Assembly: GCA_016715765.1 (NCBI GenBank)
Contig: JADJZJ010000009.1
Location: 30,484-94,483, forward strand
Direction: 5' to 3'
From: Opitutaceae bacterium
GTDB taxonomy: Bacteria > Verrucomicrobiota > Verrucomicrobiia > Opitutales > Opitutaceae
DNA: 64,000 nucleotides
The translations under genes were made by a program, and so were the position numbers. Position 1 is the first letter of the stretch; each line of letters starts with the position of its first letter. Below, one piece after another: positions 19,150 through 29,998 of this stretch. Under the pieces are notes generated by a model. It did no database searches, had not been told where the DNA came from, and saw nothing but the letters and a program-made list of their open reading frames with translations.

Positions 19150-20139
19150 ATGGCCCTCCATCCGCAATCCGCCCTCCGCCGCGCCCGCGCCTGCATCCGC
19201 ATCGAGAGTGACGCATTGACGGCGACCGCCCGGGGCCTGGGGGCGGAGTTCGTCGCCACGGCCCGGGCCGTCGAGGCCACGGTGGCGGCGGGCGGCAAGC
19301 TGATCTTCAGCGGGGTCGGCAAGTCGGCCCATATCGCCCAGAAGCTGACCGGCACGTTCAACAGCACCGGCGTTTCCTCCTGCTTCCTCGACGCCACCCA
19401 GGCGCTGCACGGCGACCTCGGCCTCTGCGCCGAGGGCGACCTGGCCATAATCCTCAGCAACAGCGGCCAGACGGAGGAAGTCCTGCGTCTCCTGCCCATG
19501 CTCAAGCGGTTCGGCGTCGGCACCGTTGCCTTTACCGCCCACGCCGACTCGGATCTCGCGAAGAACTCCGACCACCGCCTGATCTACCGGGTGCCCCGCG
19601 AGGCCTGCCCGCTGGAGCTCGCACCCACCGCCAGCACCACCGCGGCCCTCGCGCTCGGCGACGCCCTGGCCATGGTCCTGCTGGAAGCCCGCGGCCTCAC
19701 CCGCGACGATTTCGCCCGCTACCACCCGGCCGGCAACCTCGGCCGCGTCCTGCTCCTGCGGGTGCGGGACATCATGCGCACCGGCGACCGCCTGCCCGTG
19801 CTGCCCGAAACTGCGACGACCCAGGACGCCATCCTCGCCATGACCAAGGCCAAGAGCGGCAGCATCGCCCTCGTGCACCCGAAAAAAGGCCGGCTGACGG
19901 GCATCCTCACCGATGGCGATTTCCGTCGCAGTGCCCTCACCGGACCTGATTTCCTCCTGCAACCAGTGTCCCAGTTCATGACCCGCTCTCCCAAGATCAT
20001 CCGTGATGATGCCCTCGGCGTCGACGCCCTCCGCCTGTTCGAGGCCCATCGCATCGACGACCTGATCGTGGTCAATGCCGCCGGAGCGCCCGTGGGCCTC
20101 ATCGACGGCCAGGACCTGCCCAAGCTCAAAATCGTCTGA
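19150..20139 (+). CDS. kpsF: arabinose-5-phosphate isomerase (KpsF/GutQ family; SIS + tandem CBS)
   Basis: GKLIFSGVGKSAHIAQKL…, APTASTTAALALGDALA, then CBS-like repeats (…LTGILTDGDFRR…, …GLIDGQDL). Confidence 0.9.
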   Translation: MALHPQSALRRARACIRIESDALTATARGLGAEFVATARAVEATVAAGGKLIFSGVGKSAHIAQKLTGTFNSTGVSSCFLDATQALHGDLGLCAEGDLAIILSNSGQTEEVLRLLPMLKRFGVGTVAFTAHADSDLAKNSDHRLIYRVPREACPLELAPTASTTAALALGDALAMVLLEARGLTRDDFARYHPAGNLGRVLLLRVRDIMRTGDRLPVLPETATTQDAILAMTKAKSGSIALVHPKKGRLTGILTDGDFRRSALTGPDFLLQPVSQFMTRSPKIIRDDALGVDALRLFEAHRIDDLIVVNAAGAPVGLIDGQDLPKLKIV

Positions 20140-21389
20140 TGAATCCCATCCGTATCGGCATAATCGGCATGGGCGGCTTTGCCGGCTGGCACCACAATGT
20201 GGTCAAGCGGCTCGAGGACCGGGGCCTCGCCCGGCTCATCTGCACCTGCGATCCGCAGGCCGCCGCCTTCGCCACCGAACAGCAAAACTGGCAGTTCGCC
20301 CACCGCGGGGTCGGCGTCTTCCCCGATTACAAGTCCATGCTCGCCGCGTGCCACCGCGACCTGGACCTGCTCGTGGTGCCCACGCCCATCAACCTGCACG
20401 CCGAGATGCATCAGGCCGGCGTCGAACTCGGCATCCCGGTCTACCTCGAAAAGCCCCCCACCCTCGATTACCTGGAGCTTGAGGAAATGATCGTGCGCGA
20501 CCGCCAGGCCCGCCACGCCTCCCTGGTCGGGTTCAACTTCATCATCGAAAAGCCGCGCCTGGCCCTGAAGCAGCGCCTCCTCGCCGGCGAGTTCGGCGCC
20601 GTGCGCAGCACCTCCCTGCTGTCCCTCTGGCCGCGCCCGGCGGACTATTTCCGCCGCAACAACTGGGCCGGACGGCTCATGATGGACGGGCGCGTGGTCC
20701 TCGACAGCTGCATGGGCAACGCCCTCGCCCACTTCGTGCACAACATGCTGTTCTGGGTCGGCGGTCCGGAACTCTTCAGCTGGGCCCAGATCGCCCAGGT
20801 GCGCGCCGAGCTCTACCGGGCCCATGCCATCGAGGGGGCGGACACCTTCTTCGTCGAGGCCGTCACCAGCGGCGGCGCGAACATGCGTTTCGCCCTGTCC
20901 CACGCCTGCTCGGGCCAGAGCCTGCATTCCGAGACGGTCAACTGCGAGCGCGCGGACCTCAAATACGTCGTCGGCCAGCAGGCGGAAATCCGCTGGCATG
21001 ATGGACGCATCGAGCGCTTCCCGCTCGGCCCCTTCGACGGGCTCCACGACAATCATCTCGAATACCACCGCTATCTGCGCGGTGAACTGCCCCGGCCGGC
21101 CACGACCCTCGTGGACTCGCGTCCCTTCGTCATTCTCAACGACCTGGCCCATGTCTCGAGCGGACAGATCGCACCCTTCCCGGCCGCGCTTCTCAGCGGC
21201 ATCCGCGACGAAAAGGAGCAGAAGGACTATTTCAGCGTCGCGGGCATGCCGCGGGCGGTGGATGCGTTCCTGAGCAACGGCACGTGGCCCGGTCCCAATG
21301 GCTGGAATCGTGCAACCGGCCCCGCCGTCACCCCGGCCGACCTGCCGCGTTTTCACGATACGATCAGGACCATGCTCGCCGCGCGCTGA
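20139..21389 (+). CDS. Gfo/Idh/MocA family oxidoreductase
   Basis: The N-terminal Rossmann motif is [16 protein letters not shown], followed by [11 protein letters not shown] and YLEKPP. It overlaps the kpsF stop by 1 nt. Confidence 0.8.
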   Translation: MNPIRIGIIGMGGFAGWHHNVVKRLEDRGLARLICTCDPQAAAFATEQQNWQFAHRGVGVFPDYKSMLAACHRDLDLLVVPTPINLHAEMHQAGVELGIPVYLEKPPTLDYLELEEMIVRDRQARHASLVGFNFIIEKPRLALKQRLLAGEFGAVRSTSLLSLWPRPADYFRRNNWAGRLMMDGRVVLDSCMGNALAHFVHNMLFWVGGPELFSWAQIAQVRAELYRAHAIEGADTFFVEAVTSGGANMRFALSHACSGQSLHSETVNCERADLKYVVGQQAEIRWHDGRIERFPLGPFDGLHDNHLEYHRYLRGELPRPATTLVDSRPFVILNDLAHVSSGQIAPFPAALLSGIRDEKEQKDYFSVAGMPRAVDAFLSNGTWPGPNGWNRATGPAVTPADLPRFHDTIRTMLAAR

Positions 21390-21417
21390 GCCGCCGCGGG
21401 CGCCCGCGTTTTTCACC

Positions 21418-23061
21418 ATGGCCGCGCCTAAATTCGTCTACCAAGAGCCTTTCCCGCACGGGAAGGACGACACCGCATACCGCCTGCTTTCCCAAGCCGG
21501 CGTCTCGACCTCGACCTGCGAGGGTCGCGAGATCCTGAAGGTTGAGCCCTCGGCTCTGGCCTACCTGGCGCAGCAGGCGTTTCACGACTGCTCGTTCATG
21601 CTGCGCACCAAGCATCTGCAACAGGTCGCGGCCATCCTCGAGGACCCCGCCGCGAGCACCAACGACCGCTATGTCGCCCTCACGCTGCTGAAAAATGCCG
21701 AGATCGCCGCGCAAGGGATCCTGCCCTTCTGCCAGGACACCGGCACGGCCATCATCATGGGCAAGAAGGGCGAGCAGGTCTGGACGAACGCCGATGATGC
21801 CGAGTGGCTCAGCCGGGGCGTCTACGAGTGCTACACCAGGGAAAACCTCCGCTATTCCCAGACCGCCCCGCTCGACATGTGGAAAGAGGTCAACACGGGC
21901 ACCAACCTGCCCGCGCAGATCGACCTCTACGCCACCACGGGAGCCCAGTACGAATTTCTCTTTGTCGCCAAGGGCGGCGGTTCGGCCAACAAAACCTTCC
22001 TCTTCCAGGAAACCAAGGCGCTGTTGAATCCGAAGAGCCTGGAAAAGTTCATCATCGACAAGATGAGCTACCTCGGCACCGCCGCCTGCCCGCCCTACCA
22101 TCTCACCTTTGTCATCGGCGGCACGAGCGCCGAGACCTGTCTCAAGACCGTCAAGCTCGCGTCAACCAAGTACCTCGACACCCTGCCGACCACCGGCAAC
22201 GAGCACGGCCGCGCTTTTCGCGATCTTGAACTCGAACAGAAGGTCCTGACCCTCGCGCAGCAGACGGGCATCGGCGCCCAGTTCGGCGGCAAATACTTCG
22301 CCCTCGACGTGCGCATCGTGCGCCTCCCCCGCCACGGCGCCTCCTGCCCCGTGGGCCTGGGCGTCTCCTGCAGCGCCGACCGCAACATCAAGGGCAAGAT
22401 CACCAAGGACGGCATCTTCCTCGAGCAGCTCGAGACCAATCCCGGCCGTTTCGTGCCGGAGAGCGAGCGCACGTTCAAGGCCGACAACGCCGTGCGCATT
22501 GACCTCAACCAGCCCATGGCCGCGATCCGGGCGGAATTGTCAAAGCACCCCGTCACCACGCGGGTGCTGCTCAACGGCCCGATGGTCGTCGCCCGCGACA
22601 TCGCGCATGCCAAGCTCAAGGAGCGCGTCGATGCCGGCCAGGGTCTGCCCGATTACCTCAAGAACCATCCGGTTTACTACGCTGGTCCGGCCAAGACGCC
22701 CCAGGGCTATGCCTCCGGCAGCTTCGGGCCCACCACGGCCGGCCGCATGGACAGTTACGTGGACCTCTTCCAGTCGCTGGGCGGTTCGCTCGTGATGCTT
22801 GCGAAGGGCAATCGCAGCGTCCAGGTCACCCAAGCCTGCAAGAAGCACGGTGGTTTCTACCTCGGCAGCATCGGCGGCCCCGCGGCCATTCTGGCCAAGG
22901 AGAACATCACGAAGGTTGAGGTCCTGGAATATCCCGAACTCGGCATGGAAGCCGTGTGGAAAATTGAAGTGCAGGACTTCCCCGCCTTCATCCTCGTCGA
23001 CGACAAGGGCAACGACTTCTTCGTCAACGGCTGCGGCGCCTGTCTGCCGGAGAAGAAGTAG
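21418..23061 (+). CDS. fumA: class I (Fe-S) fumarate hydratase, fused alpha/beta type
   Basis: From ATG 21418: [25 protein letters not shown]…[27 protein letters not shown], which parallels the E. coli FumA N-terminus as I remember it. Length is 547 aa. Confidence 0.9.
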   Translation: MAAPKFVYQEPFPHGKDDTAYRLLSQAGVSTSTCEGREILKVEPSALAYLAQQAFHDCSFMLRTKHLQQVAAILEDPAASTNDRYVALTLLKNAEIAAQGILPFCQDTGTAIIMGKKGEQVWTNADDAEWLSRGVYECYTRENLRYSQTAPLDMWKEVNTGTNLPAQIDLYATTGAQYEFLFVAKGGGSANKTFLFQETKALLNPKSLEKFIIDKMSYLGTAACPPYHLTFVIGGTSAETCLKTVKLASTKYLDTLPTTGNEHGRAFRDLELEQKVLTLAQQTGIGAQFGGKYFALDVRIVRLPRHGASCPVGLGVSCSADRNIKGKITKDGIFLEQLETNPGRFVPESERTFKADNAVRIDLNQPMAAIRAELSKHPVTTRVLLNGPMVVARDIAHAKLKERVDAGQGLPDYLKNHPVYYAGPAKTPQGYASGSFGPTTAGRMDSYVDLFQSLGGSLVMLAKGNRSVQVTQACKKHGGFYLGSIGGPAAILAKENITKVEVLEYPELGMEAVWKIEVQDFPAFILVDDKGNDFFVNGCGACLPEKK

Positions 23062-23073
23062 GCCGGGACCGTT

Positions 23074-23196
23074 GTAGGGCGGGGTCTCCGAACCCCGCCT
23101 TCATATGAATTGTGGCTACGAGCGTGAGCGAGTGGTGGGTTGTTCACTCGCTCACGCTCGTAGCCACAGAGGCGGGGTTCGGAGACCCCGCCCTAC
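23074..23196. repeat. nested REP doublets (GTAGGGCGGGGTCTCCGAACCCCGCC pair enclosing GTGGCTACGAGCGTGAGCGAGTGG pair)
   Basis: Outer units at 23074-23099 (+) and 23171-23196 (-); inner units at 23112-23135 and 23145-23167. The architecture matches 7706-7842. Confidence 0.8.
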
Positions 23197-23213
23197 ATCC
23201 GGCAACCGGGCGT

Positions 23214-23630
23214 TCACCCCATCACCGTCACGATGACCTCGCGGTGATGGGCCCCATGGCGGTGTTCCCAGAGAAACACGCCCTGCCAGGTCCCGAGTTG
23301 CAGTCGGCGTTCCGCAAAGGGGATGCTCTCGCTCGTGCGGGTCAGCGCCATCTTGATGTGCGCCGGCATGTCGTCACCGCCTTCCAGGGTGTGAGTGAAA
23401 TGCGGGTCATCCGCCCGCACCAAACGGTCGAGCCAGGCCTCCAGGTCGCGGCGCGCCGATGGGTCCGCGTTTTCCATGATGACCAGCGAGCAGCTGGTAT
23501 GCCGGCAGAAAACCGTGACCACGCCCGCGACCAATCCGCTGCGGTCGAGCGTCCGCGCTATTTCATCCGTGATCTCGACCATTCCGGTCCCGCGGGTGCG
23601 CACCGCCAGTGTCTCCTGATGTACGGCCAT
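23214..23630 (-). CDS. yjbQ: YjbQ/UPF0047 family protein (secondary thiamine-phosphate synthase-like)
   Basis: From ATG 23630: MAVHQETLAVRTRGTGMVEITDEI…VFCRHTSCSLVIMENADP…DMPAHIKMAL…GTWQGVFLWEHR, 138 aa. The track ORF extends upstream into a repeat. Confidence 0.85.
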   Translation of the reverse strand: MAVHQETLAVRTRGTGMVEITDEIARTLDRSGLVAGVVTVFCRHTSCSLVIMENADPSARRDLEAWLDRLVRADDPHFTHTLEGGDDMPAHIKMALTRTSESIPFAERRLQLGTWQGVFLWEHRHGAHHREVIVTVMG

Positions 23631-23708
23631 GCCGTGAGCCAAGGCCAGACCGCGGGAAGACTCAATCCCGGTTCCGCGCCCACGTCGCCCATGGCATTGG
23701 ACTTTCAG

Positions 23709-23780
23709 GTAGCTACGAGCGTGAGCGAGTGGATCATGCGCTGCGTATGCCAAACTCCACTCGCTCACGCTCGTAGCTAC
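23709..23780. repeat. stand-alone doublet of the GTAGCTACGAGCGTGAGCGAGTGG unit (24-bp stems)
   Basis: The units lie at 23709-23732 (+) and 23757-23780 (-). The same unit is nested inside REP pairs at 7735-7807 and 23112-23167. Confidence 0.75.
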
Positions 23781-23845
23781 CTGATGCCAATCCAATTCTT
23801 AAGGCCCGTTGGCATTATGTGAACGGCCCGTCCGGAGGCCGGGCC

Positions 23846-25243
<1,398 letters not shown>

Positions 25244-25268
25244 ACCCGAGGTAATGCGCTGCGGCCGT

Positions 25269-25300
25269 AAAAGCAAAAAGCCCCGTGCGAAGACGGGGCT
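25269..25300 (-). terminator. rho-independent terminator downstream of the anti-sigma-like gene
   Basis: The minus-strand RNA is AGCCCCG-tcttcgca-CGGGGCT followed by UUUUGCUUUU. It lies 25-55 nt after the stop at 25325. Confidence 0.8.
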
Positions 25301-25324
25301 TGGAAACGGGGCGGCGTGGGCCGC

Positions 25325-26182
25325 TCAGAGCTTGAAGTTGATCGCGAGGCGCTTGCCCTCGAGATCGATGCGGCTGACACGCTCGTAGAGACGCTCGTCG
25401 GTCAGGTCGCGGTCCAACCTCGGCTGATAGCGGCGTTCGCTGCTATCCGCACTGGCGCTGGCCATGAGCGGCAGGGCCGTCGAGAGCACCCGGGCACGGC
25501 GGGCATCGCCGGGCGATTGCATGTTCACCAGCGGATCAACGGCCGGCGCGCGCTCGGCATACTGGCGGTTCTCAATGCCGGGAACCTGATCAATGTAGCG
25601 GGCCAGTTCCGGCTCGCTCGCCTTGACCGCGGCCAGATTGGCGGCGATGGACCGGGCGGAAGGAGACTCACTGATGGCGGCAGCCTCCGCCCCGCCGAGC
25701 ATCGGCATCAGATGAGCGATGCCACCGGGCATCGTATCGAGCCCACGGGCCGGTGCCGGGACCGACTCGATGCTGCCGCGGTCATCCGCGGCCAACGCCA
25801 CGGATTCATCCTCAACCTTTGAAACAGACGCGTTATCAGACGCGGTGGTGATTGCCGGTCCGGGCATCGCATCCAACTGCGCAAACTCGGTGGCGGGCAC
25901 AAACGCCGGTTCGCCCTCGGGCATGCGGTATTCGCGCACCGTGACAAGGGTCAGCGCCAGGATCGCCGTGGCACCCACGGGCATTTGATAACGGGCAAAA
26001 CGTGCATTCAGGCGAATCAGCGGAGCCCACCACGGACGCGGTTCCACGATGGCGGCCAGTTGCTTGGCCCTCATCTCCCGATCAAAATCGGACCAGAACG
26101 ACGCGGGCGGACGCTCAGCACGCTTCAGACGCAACAAGTCTTCAATGGTCACCTGGGATCGGGAACTGCGGGGATCTTTCAT
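25325..26182 (-). CDS. putative anti-sigma factor (single-pass membrane protein)
   Basis: Its ATG at 26182 overlaps the sigma-factor stop (ATGA). A charged N-terminus (MKDPRSSRSQVTIEDLLRLKR…) is followed by one TM (VGATAILALTLVTV). The call rests on position and architecture only. Confidence 0.55.
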   Translation of the reverse strand: MKDPRSSRSQVTIEDLLRLKRAERPPASFWSDFDREMRAKQLAAIVEPRPWWAPLIRLNARFARYQMPVGATAILALTLVTVREYRMPEGEPAFVPATEFAQLDAMPGPAITTASDNASVSKVEDESVALAADDRGSIESVPAPARGLDTMPGGIAHLMPMLGGAEAAAISESPSARSIAANLAAVKASEPELARYIDQVPGIENRQYAERAPAVDPLVNMQSPGDARRARVLSTALPLMASASADSSERRYQPRLDRDLTDERLYERVSRIDLEGKRLAINFKL

Positions 26183-26832
26183 TTGCGGATATAGGGCTGC
26201 AACTCGGCTTGGAGCAATTGCTTGGCGTAGTGCAGGCGAGAGCGGACTGTGCCCACCGAGCAATTCATGACTTCGGCAATCTCCTGATGGCTAAGGCCAT
26301 CGATTTCAAATAGAGTGACCACGGTGCGATGCTTGATAGACAATTTTTGCATCGCTTCGTTCAATTTTTCCTGAAGTTCGTGGACAAATGTATCGCGCTC
26401 AGCTCCGGTGTTATCTGTCAGCGCTTCAATGACTTCCGCCGACTGGCGATCATCCTCATCCACCTTTTCCAAGCTGAAAAACGTCCGCAGGCGGTTTTTG
26501 CGCAGATGGGTCAGGGTTGAATTGATCGCGATCCGGTAAAGCCAGGTGAAGAACGAGGACTGGCCTTGGAACCGGTTGATGGACTGGAAAGCCTTGATAA
26601 AGGCGTCCTGGGTGAGGTCCGCGGCGTCCTCGCGGTTGGAGGTCATGTTGTAGATGACCCCGAAAAGCCTCTCGCGATATTTGAGGATCAGCTGGTCAAA
26701 GGCCGCCACATCCCCCTCCTGCACTGCCCGCACGATGCCAAGGTCGGCGTCGGCCTCGTGTTGTCGCTCCGGCGACGCTACGAGCGTTTTGCCGAGGGCT
26801 TTGAACGCATGCATGGCGGAGTCATTCAACAA
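26179..26832 (-). CDS. ECF-type RNA polymerase sigma-70 family factor
   Basis: Region 2 reads YRERLFGVIYNMTSNREDAADLTQDAFIKAF…SSFFTWLYRIAIN. Region 4 reads RTVVTLFEIDGLSHQEIAEVMNCSVGTVRSRLHYAK. The track start is a TTG at 26832; an ATG alternative lies at 26814. Confidence 0.9.
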   Translation of the reverse strand: MLNDSAMHAFKALGKTLVASPERQHEADADLGIVRAVQEGDVAAFDQLILKYRERLFGVIYNMTSNREDAADLTQDAFIKAFQSINRFQGQSSFFTWLYRIAINSTLTHLRKNRLRTFFSLEKVDEDDRQSAEVIEALTDNTGAERDTFVHELQEKLNEAMQKLSIKHRTVVTLFEIDGLSHQEIAEVMNCSVGTVRSRLHYAKQLLQAELQPYIRK

Positions 26833-26886
26833 AGCACCGGTGGCAGCGCAAATGGAATTTCACCCCATTCGGGCCGGTGCACCTGC

Positions 26887-27942
26887 TCAGGCGCCGGATT
26901 TGACCTGCAAACCTGCCACCTGGGCCTCCAGCACCTCGCAGAGTTGCAGGAGCAGGGGCGTCGGCGCCTCCCCCGGCCACCGCGAGAGGGCGGTTTTCGC
27001 CGTGGCGATTTCCTCATGGACCGCGGCGGTCACGGTCGGGAAAACATCAAACTCCGCCATCTGGCGCAAGCGCACGGCCATCTGCACCGGCTGGCGGCCG
27101 CAGATTTCCTCGGTCAGCGCGGCCCGTTCGCCGGCCGGCAACCGCGCCATCAGAACCTGCAGGGGCAGCGTGACCTTGCCGCTGGCCAGGTCGGTCCCGA
27201 GGGTTTTGCCAATGCGCCGCTCATCGCCGAAGAAATCCGCCAGATCATCGTAGATCTGATAGGCAATGCCCAGGTGCCGACCGAACCGGGCGGCATCCGC
27301 CACATAGCCCGCCTCCGAGCCCGCGAGCCTCGCCCCCAAGTGACAGGACACACGGAAGAGCTCGGCCGTCTTCAGGTCGATGATCCGCCAGTAATCCTCC
27401 CGGGTGATGTTCGTGGTGCCCCGTCGCATGGTCTGCACAATCTCACCGGCACAGACACGGCGCATGGCCTCCGCAACCATGAAGCAGACCTCCGTCGTGG
27501 GAAACTGCGCCGCGAGGTGCAGGGCATGGGAAAACAGGGCGTCACCCAGCAGCACCGCGGCGGTTGGTCCGTACTCGCGGGTCGCGGTGCGGCGGTTGCG
27601 CCGCAGCTCCGCCCCATCCATGATGTCGTCATGGACCAGTGAGGCGAGGTGCACGAGTTCCACGACGGCCGCGACCTTGACCAGGTCCGCCGACGGCTTT
27701 GCGGGACCGCGCCAGCCGCTGAGAAACACCAGGGCCGGGCGGATGCGCTTGCCCGACGTATCGATGCAATAGTCGGCCATCGGCCGGATCTCAGGCTCGA
27801 AGCAGGCGAGCTGCTCACGCAGAAAAACATCGAGCGCCACCATGTGCGGCTGCAACTGGGCAAAGACCGCCGCGAAGGCATGCGGGGAACCGGAAATTTC
27901 AACGGGACGGACGGCGCTCATCAGGGTGCGGACACTAGCCAT
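26887..27942 (-). CDS. polyprenyl diphosphate synthase (trans-IPPS, long-chain type)
   Basis: It has both Asp-rich motifs (LVHDDIMD and YQIYDDLADF) plus GKRIRPALV. The start was chosen at ATG 27942 (MASVRTLMSAV…); ATG 27921 is also possible. Confidence 0.85.
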   Translation of the reverse strand: MASVRTLMSAVRPVEISGSPHAFAAVFAQLQPHMVALDVFLREQLACFEPEIRPMADYCIDTSGKRIRPALVFLSGWRGPAKPSADLVKVAAVVELVHLASLVHDDIMDGAELRRNRRTATREYGPTAAVLLGDALFSHALHLAAQFPTTEVCFMVAEAMRRVCAGEIVQTMRRGTTNITREDYWRIIDLKTAELFRVSCHLGARLAGSEAGYVADAARFGRHLGIAYQIYDDLADFFGDERRIGKTLGTDLASGKVTLPLQVLMARLPAGERAALTEEICGRQPVQMAVRLRQMAEFDVFPTVTAAVHEEIATAKTALSRWPGEAPTPLLLQLCEVLEAQVAGLQVKSGA

Positions 27943-28070
27943 GAGGAAGGAAATGGCTAATAAATAGTCGAAAACGTTGCCGCGGAGAGGCCCGGGCTGC
28001 CCATCGTTGCGTGATGCGGTCCAGCCAGACGCCAGAGAACAAACCACGCAATTGCTCATGAAGGCATGAG

Positions 28071-28148
28071 GTAGGGCAGGTCTCCGACCTGCCTTTGAAG
28101 GTTTAATCGCAATGCCGCGTGCAAAGGCAGGTCACAGACCTGCCCTGC
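28071..28148. repeat. REP doublet (GTAGGGCAGGTCTCCGACCTGCC … GGCAGGTCACAGACCTGCCCTGC)
   Basis: Two inverted GTAGGGC-headed hairpin units. A related half-unit (GGAGACCTGCCCTAC) lies at 16927-16941. Confidence 0.65.
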
Positions 28149-28264
28149 TTGCGGTGATTCGACGTCACAGAAGATGGGCAACCGCCATGCAGAATGCGGT
28201 TGGACTTCGTCCATGTACCCCCATGAAGTGTGGTCCGACACCCTGTCTGGCCCTGTATCTTCAG

Positions 28265-28873
28265 ATGAACGACCAGCCCCTCCTGCTCCTCCTCATGATC
28301 GCCGCCTCGGTCTACGTGGCCAGGCTCTGGCTGGATGATTATCGGGCGGGCATCGCCGGAAAGTCCCATCCCCGCGCCCTGCCCGGTGCGACCCCTGTGC
28401 CGTGGCGGGGCATCCTGATCGCCATGATGGGTACGTTGGTCCTGCTGGCCCTGGAAACATGGGGTGAAATCCACCTCGGGGTCGCCGGCGAACAATCCCG
28501 CATAACCGTCCTCTTCGGGCTCTACACCCTCGCCGCCGCCGTGATCGAGGAACTCATTTTCCGCGGCTACCTCGTGATCACGCATCGCGGCCCGGCGGTT
28601 CGCTGGGCCGGCATCGTGGGCGCCTCGCTGCTCTTCGCGGGGCTGCATCCGTTCCTGTGGAAATGGGAGGGCGGCCTGGTCTGGACCTTTGGACTCAAGG
28701 GCTGGTTCAGCACGGCCGCGATCTTCCTCGGTTCGCTCTGGTTCTACACGGTCCGCTTTGCGGGTTGGAATCCCAACCACTCCCTCCTCCCCTGCTTTGC
28801 GGCCCACGCGACCAAGAACCTCGGAGTGATCGCGATCAAGGCGGTCCAGGGCTTCCTCGTCGGCTGGTGGTGA
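28265..28873 (+). CDS. CPBP family intramembrane glutamic endopeptidase (CAAX protease-like)
   Basis: From ATG 28265 (MNDQPLLLLLMIAAS…). It has the EELIFRGYL motif, FAGLH, and FAAHATKN. The sequence is multi-TM. Confidence 0.8.
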   Translation: MNDQPLLLLLMIAASVYVARLWLDDYRAGIAGKSHPRALPGATPVPWRGILIAMMGTLVLLALETWGEIHLGVAGEQSRITVLFGLYTLAAAVIEELIFRGYLVITHRGPAVRWAGIVGASLLFAGLHPFLWKWEGGLVWTFGLKGWFSTAAIFLGSLWFYTVRFAGWNPNHSLLPCFAAHATKNLGVIAIKAVQGFLVGWW

Positions 28874-28954
28874 CCCATTGCCGGGCTATTTAATTGCCTG
28901 CCCACCGGGCCAGCGGTAGGGAACATCCGTCGCCAGCACGCATCCCTACCCATC

Positions 28955-29659
28955 ATGCTCCGGGCATTTACCCCTTTCCTCCTGTCAGCGGCGGTCGTCC
29001 TGGCCGCGGCGTATGATGTCAACCTGCCCTATGCCTCATTGGCCCTGAAGAATGGGCGGACCCTGGCCGATGTGACCATCAAGAGTTTCGATCACGAAAA
29101 CGGCAAAGTCGTCGTGATGGCCGGCCGAAACTTGCATTCATTGCAGATCGAACTGCTCCCCGATGAAGTGGCCGCCCGGGTCCTGGCGCTGGTCCCGGAG
29201 GAGAGCAAGGCGCTGGCGAGGGATGAAAAGGCCGGCCGCAAGCAGGAACAGCGCGGGCAGGAAAATGCCAAGCAGGAGCTCAAGCGCCAGACCCGGGAGG
29301 AACGCCAGCGGGCTGCCGCGGCAAAAAAGCAGGCTGACCGGGACAATGCCGAGGCCCAGGCCCGGACGCGTTTGATCGCCCGGACCAAAGAGCTCGCGCG
29401 CGAAAAGGCCGATTATTATTTTCGCTACGAATACAAACCCGGTTCCGGCTCCTCCGTCGTGATCAGGCAGGGCGTCACCTTGGGCGAGCCCGAGGAAGTC
29501 TCCGGCTGGCCCGGCCGTTGCCGGGTGAGTGGCAACGTGGGCCTGCAATTCTATGACAGCCGGGGCAGCAGCTTCAGCACCACCGTCCGCGAATTTGAGG
29601 TGACCGTCCAAAAGAATGCCCGGGGTATCGAGGAAGTGGTGGATTTCACGTTGAAGTAG
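28955..29659 (+). CDS. hypothetical secreted protein with charged coiled-coil segment
   Basis: Signal-peptide-like N-terminus (MLRAFTPFLLSAAVVLAAAYD) and a K/E/Q/R-rich central stretch. No family recognised. Confidence 0.5.
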   Translation: MLRAFTPFLLSAAVVLAAAYDVNLPYASLALKNGRTLADVTIKSFDHENGKVVVMAGRNLHSLQIELLPDEVAARVLALVPEESKALARDEKAGRKQEQRGQENAKQELKRQTREERQRAAAAKKQADRDNAEAQARTRLIARTKELAREKADYYFRYEYKPGSGSSVVIRQGVTLGEPEEVSGWPGRCRVSGNVGLQFYDSRGSSFSTTVREFEVTVQKNARGIEEVVDFTLK

Positions 29660-29702
29660 GTCGGAGGAAAGTGAACGGCCGTGGCCGCTTGCATTGCGGA
29701 CC

Positions 29703-29876
29703 GTAGGAGCGGCTTTAGGCCGCGATCAAATACTGCCGCGTCACGGCATGATACTCGTGTCCTTCCGCGCATTAATTTTGTAGGGCCGCACCTTGGTGCG
29801 CGCCTTTGCCACCTCGAGGAATAAAACGTCTCCGTATGCGAAGGGTACTCGAGGCCGGACCAAGGTCCGGCCCTAC
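29703..29876. repeat. REP cluster: single GTAGGAGCGGCTTTAGGCCGCGA unit plus GTAGGGCCGCACCTTGGTGCGCGCC / GGCCGGACCAAGGTCCGGCCCTAC doublet
   Basis: Units at 29703-29726 (+), 29780-29804 (+) and 29853-29876 (-). Confidence 0.7.
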
Positions 29877-29943
29877 AGTACAGCGACATAGGGCTGTTGG
29901 TTTGTCCCCCAAGGCGTCATCCCATCGCCCCGTAATCCGACCA

Positions 29944-29975
29944 ACAAAAAGCCGCGTCCCTTGCAGGACGCGGCT
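29944..29975 (-). terminator. rho-independent terminator downstream of pilQ
   Basis: The minus-strand RNA is AGCCGCGUCC-ugcaag-GGACGCGGCU followed by UUUUGU. It lies 24-55 nt after the stop at 29999. Confidence 0.8.
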
Positions 29976-29998
29976 TTGCAAATGATTCTTGGCGAACC

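Noticed and set aside
26833-26886. An ECF-type autoregulated promoter (GGAAC…CGT) upstream of the sigma-factor gene.
   Set aside because: I could find no convincing -35/-10 ECF consensus in the 54-nt gap.
28874-28954. The GGTAGGGA…TCCCTACC inverted repeat after the CPBP gene, considered as a terminator.
   Set aside because: It has an 8-bp stem with a ~20-nt loop and no U-tract. That is too weak to call and is possibly another degenerate GTAGGG-type unit.
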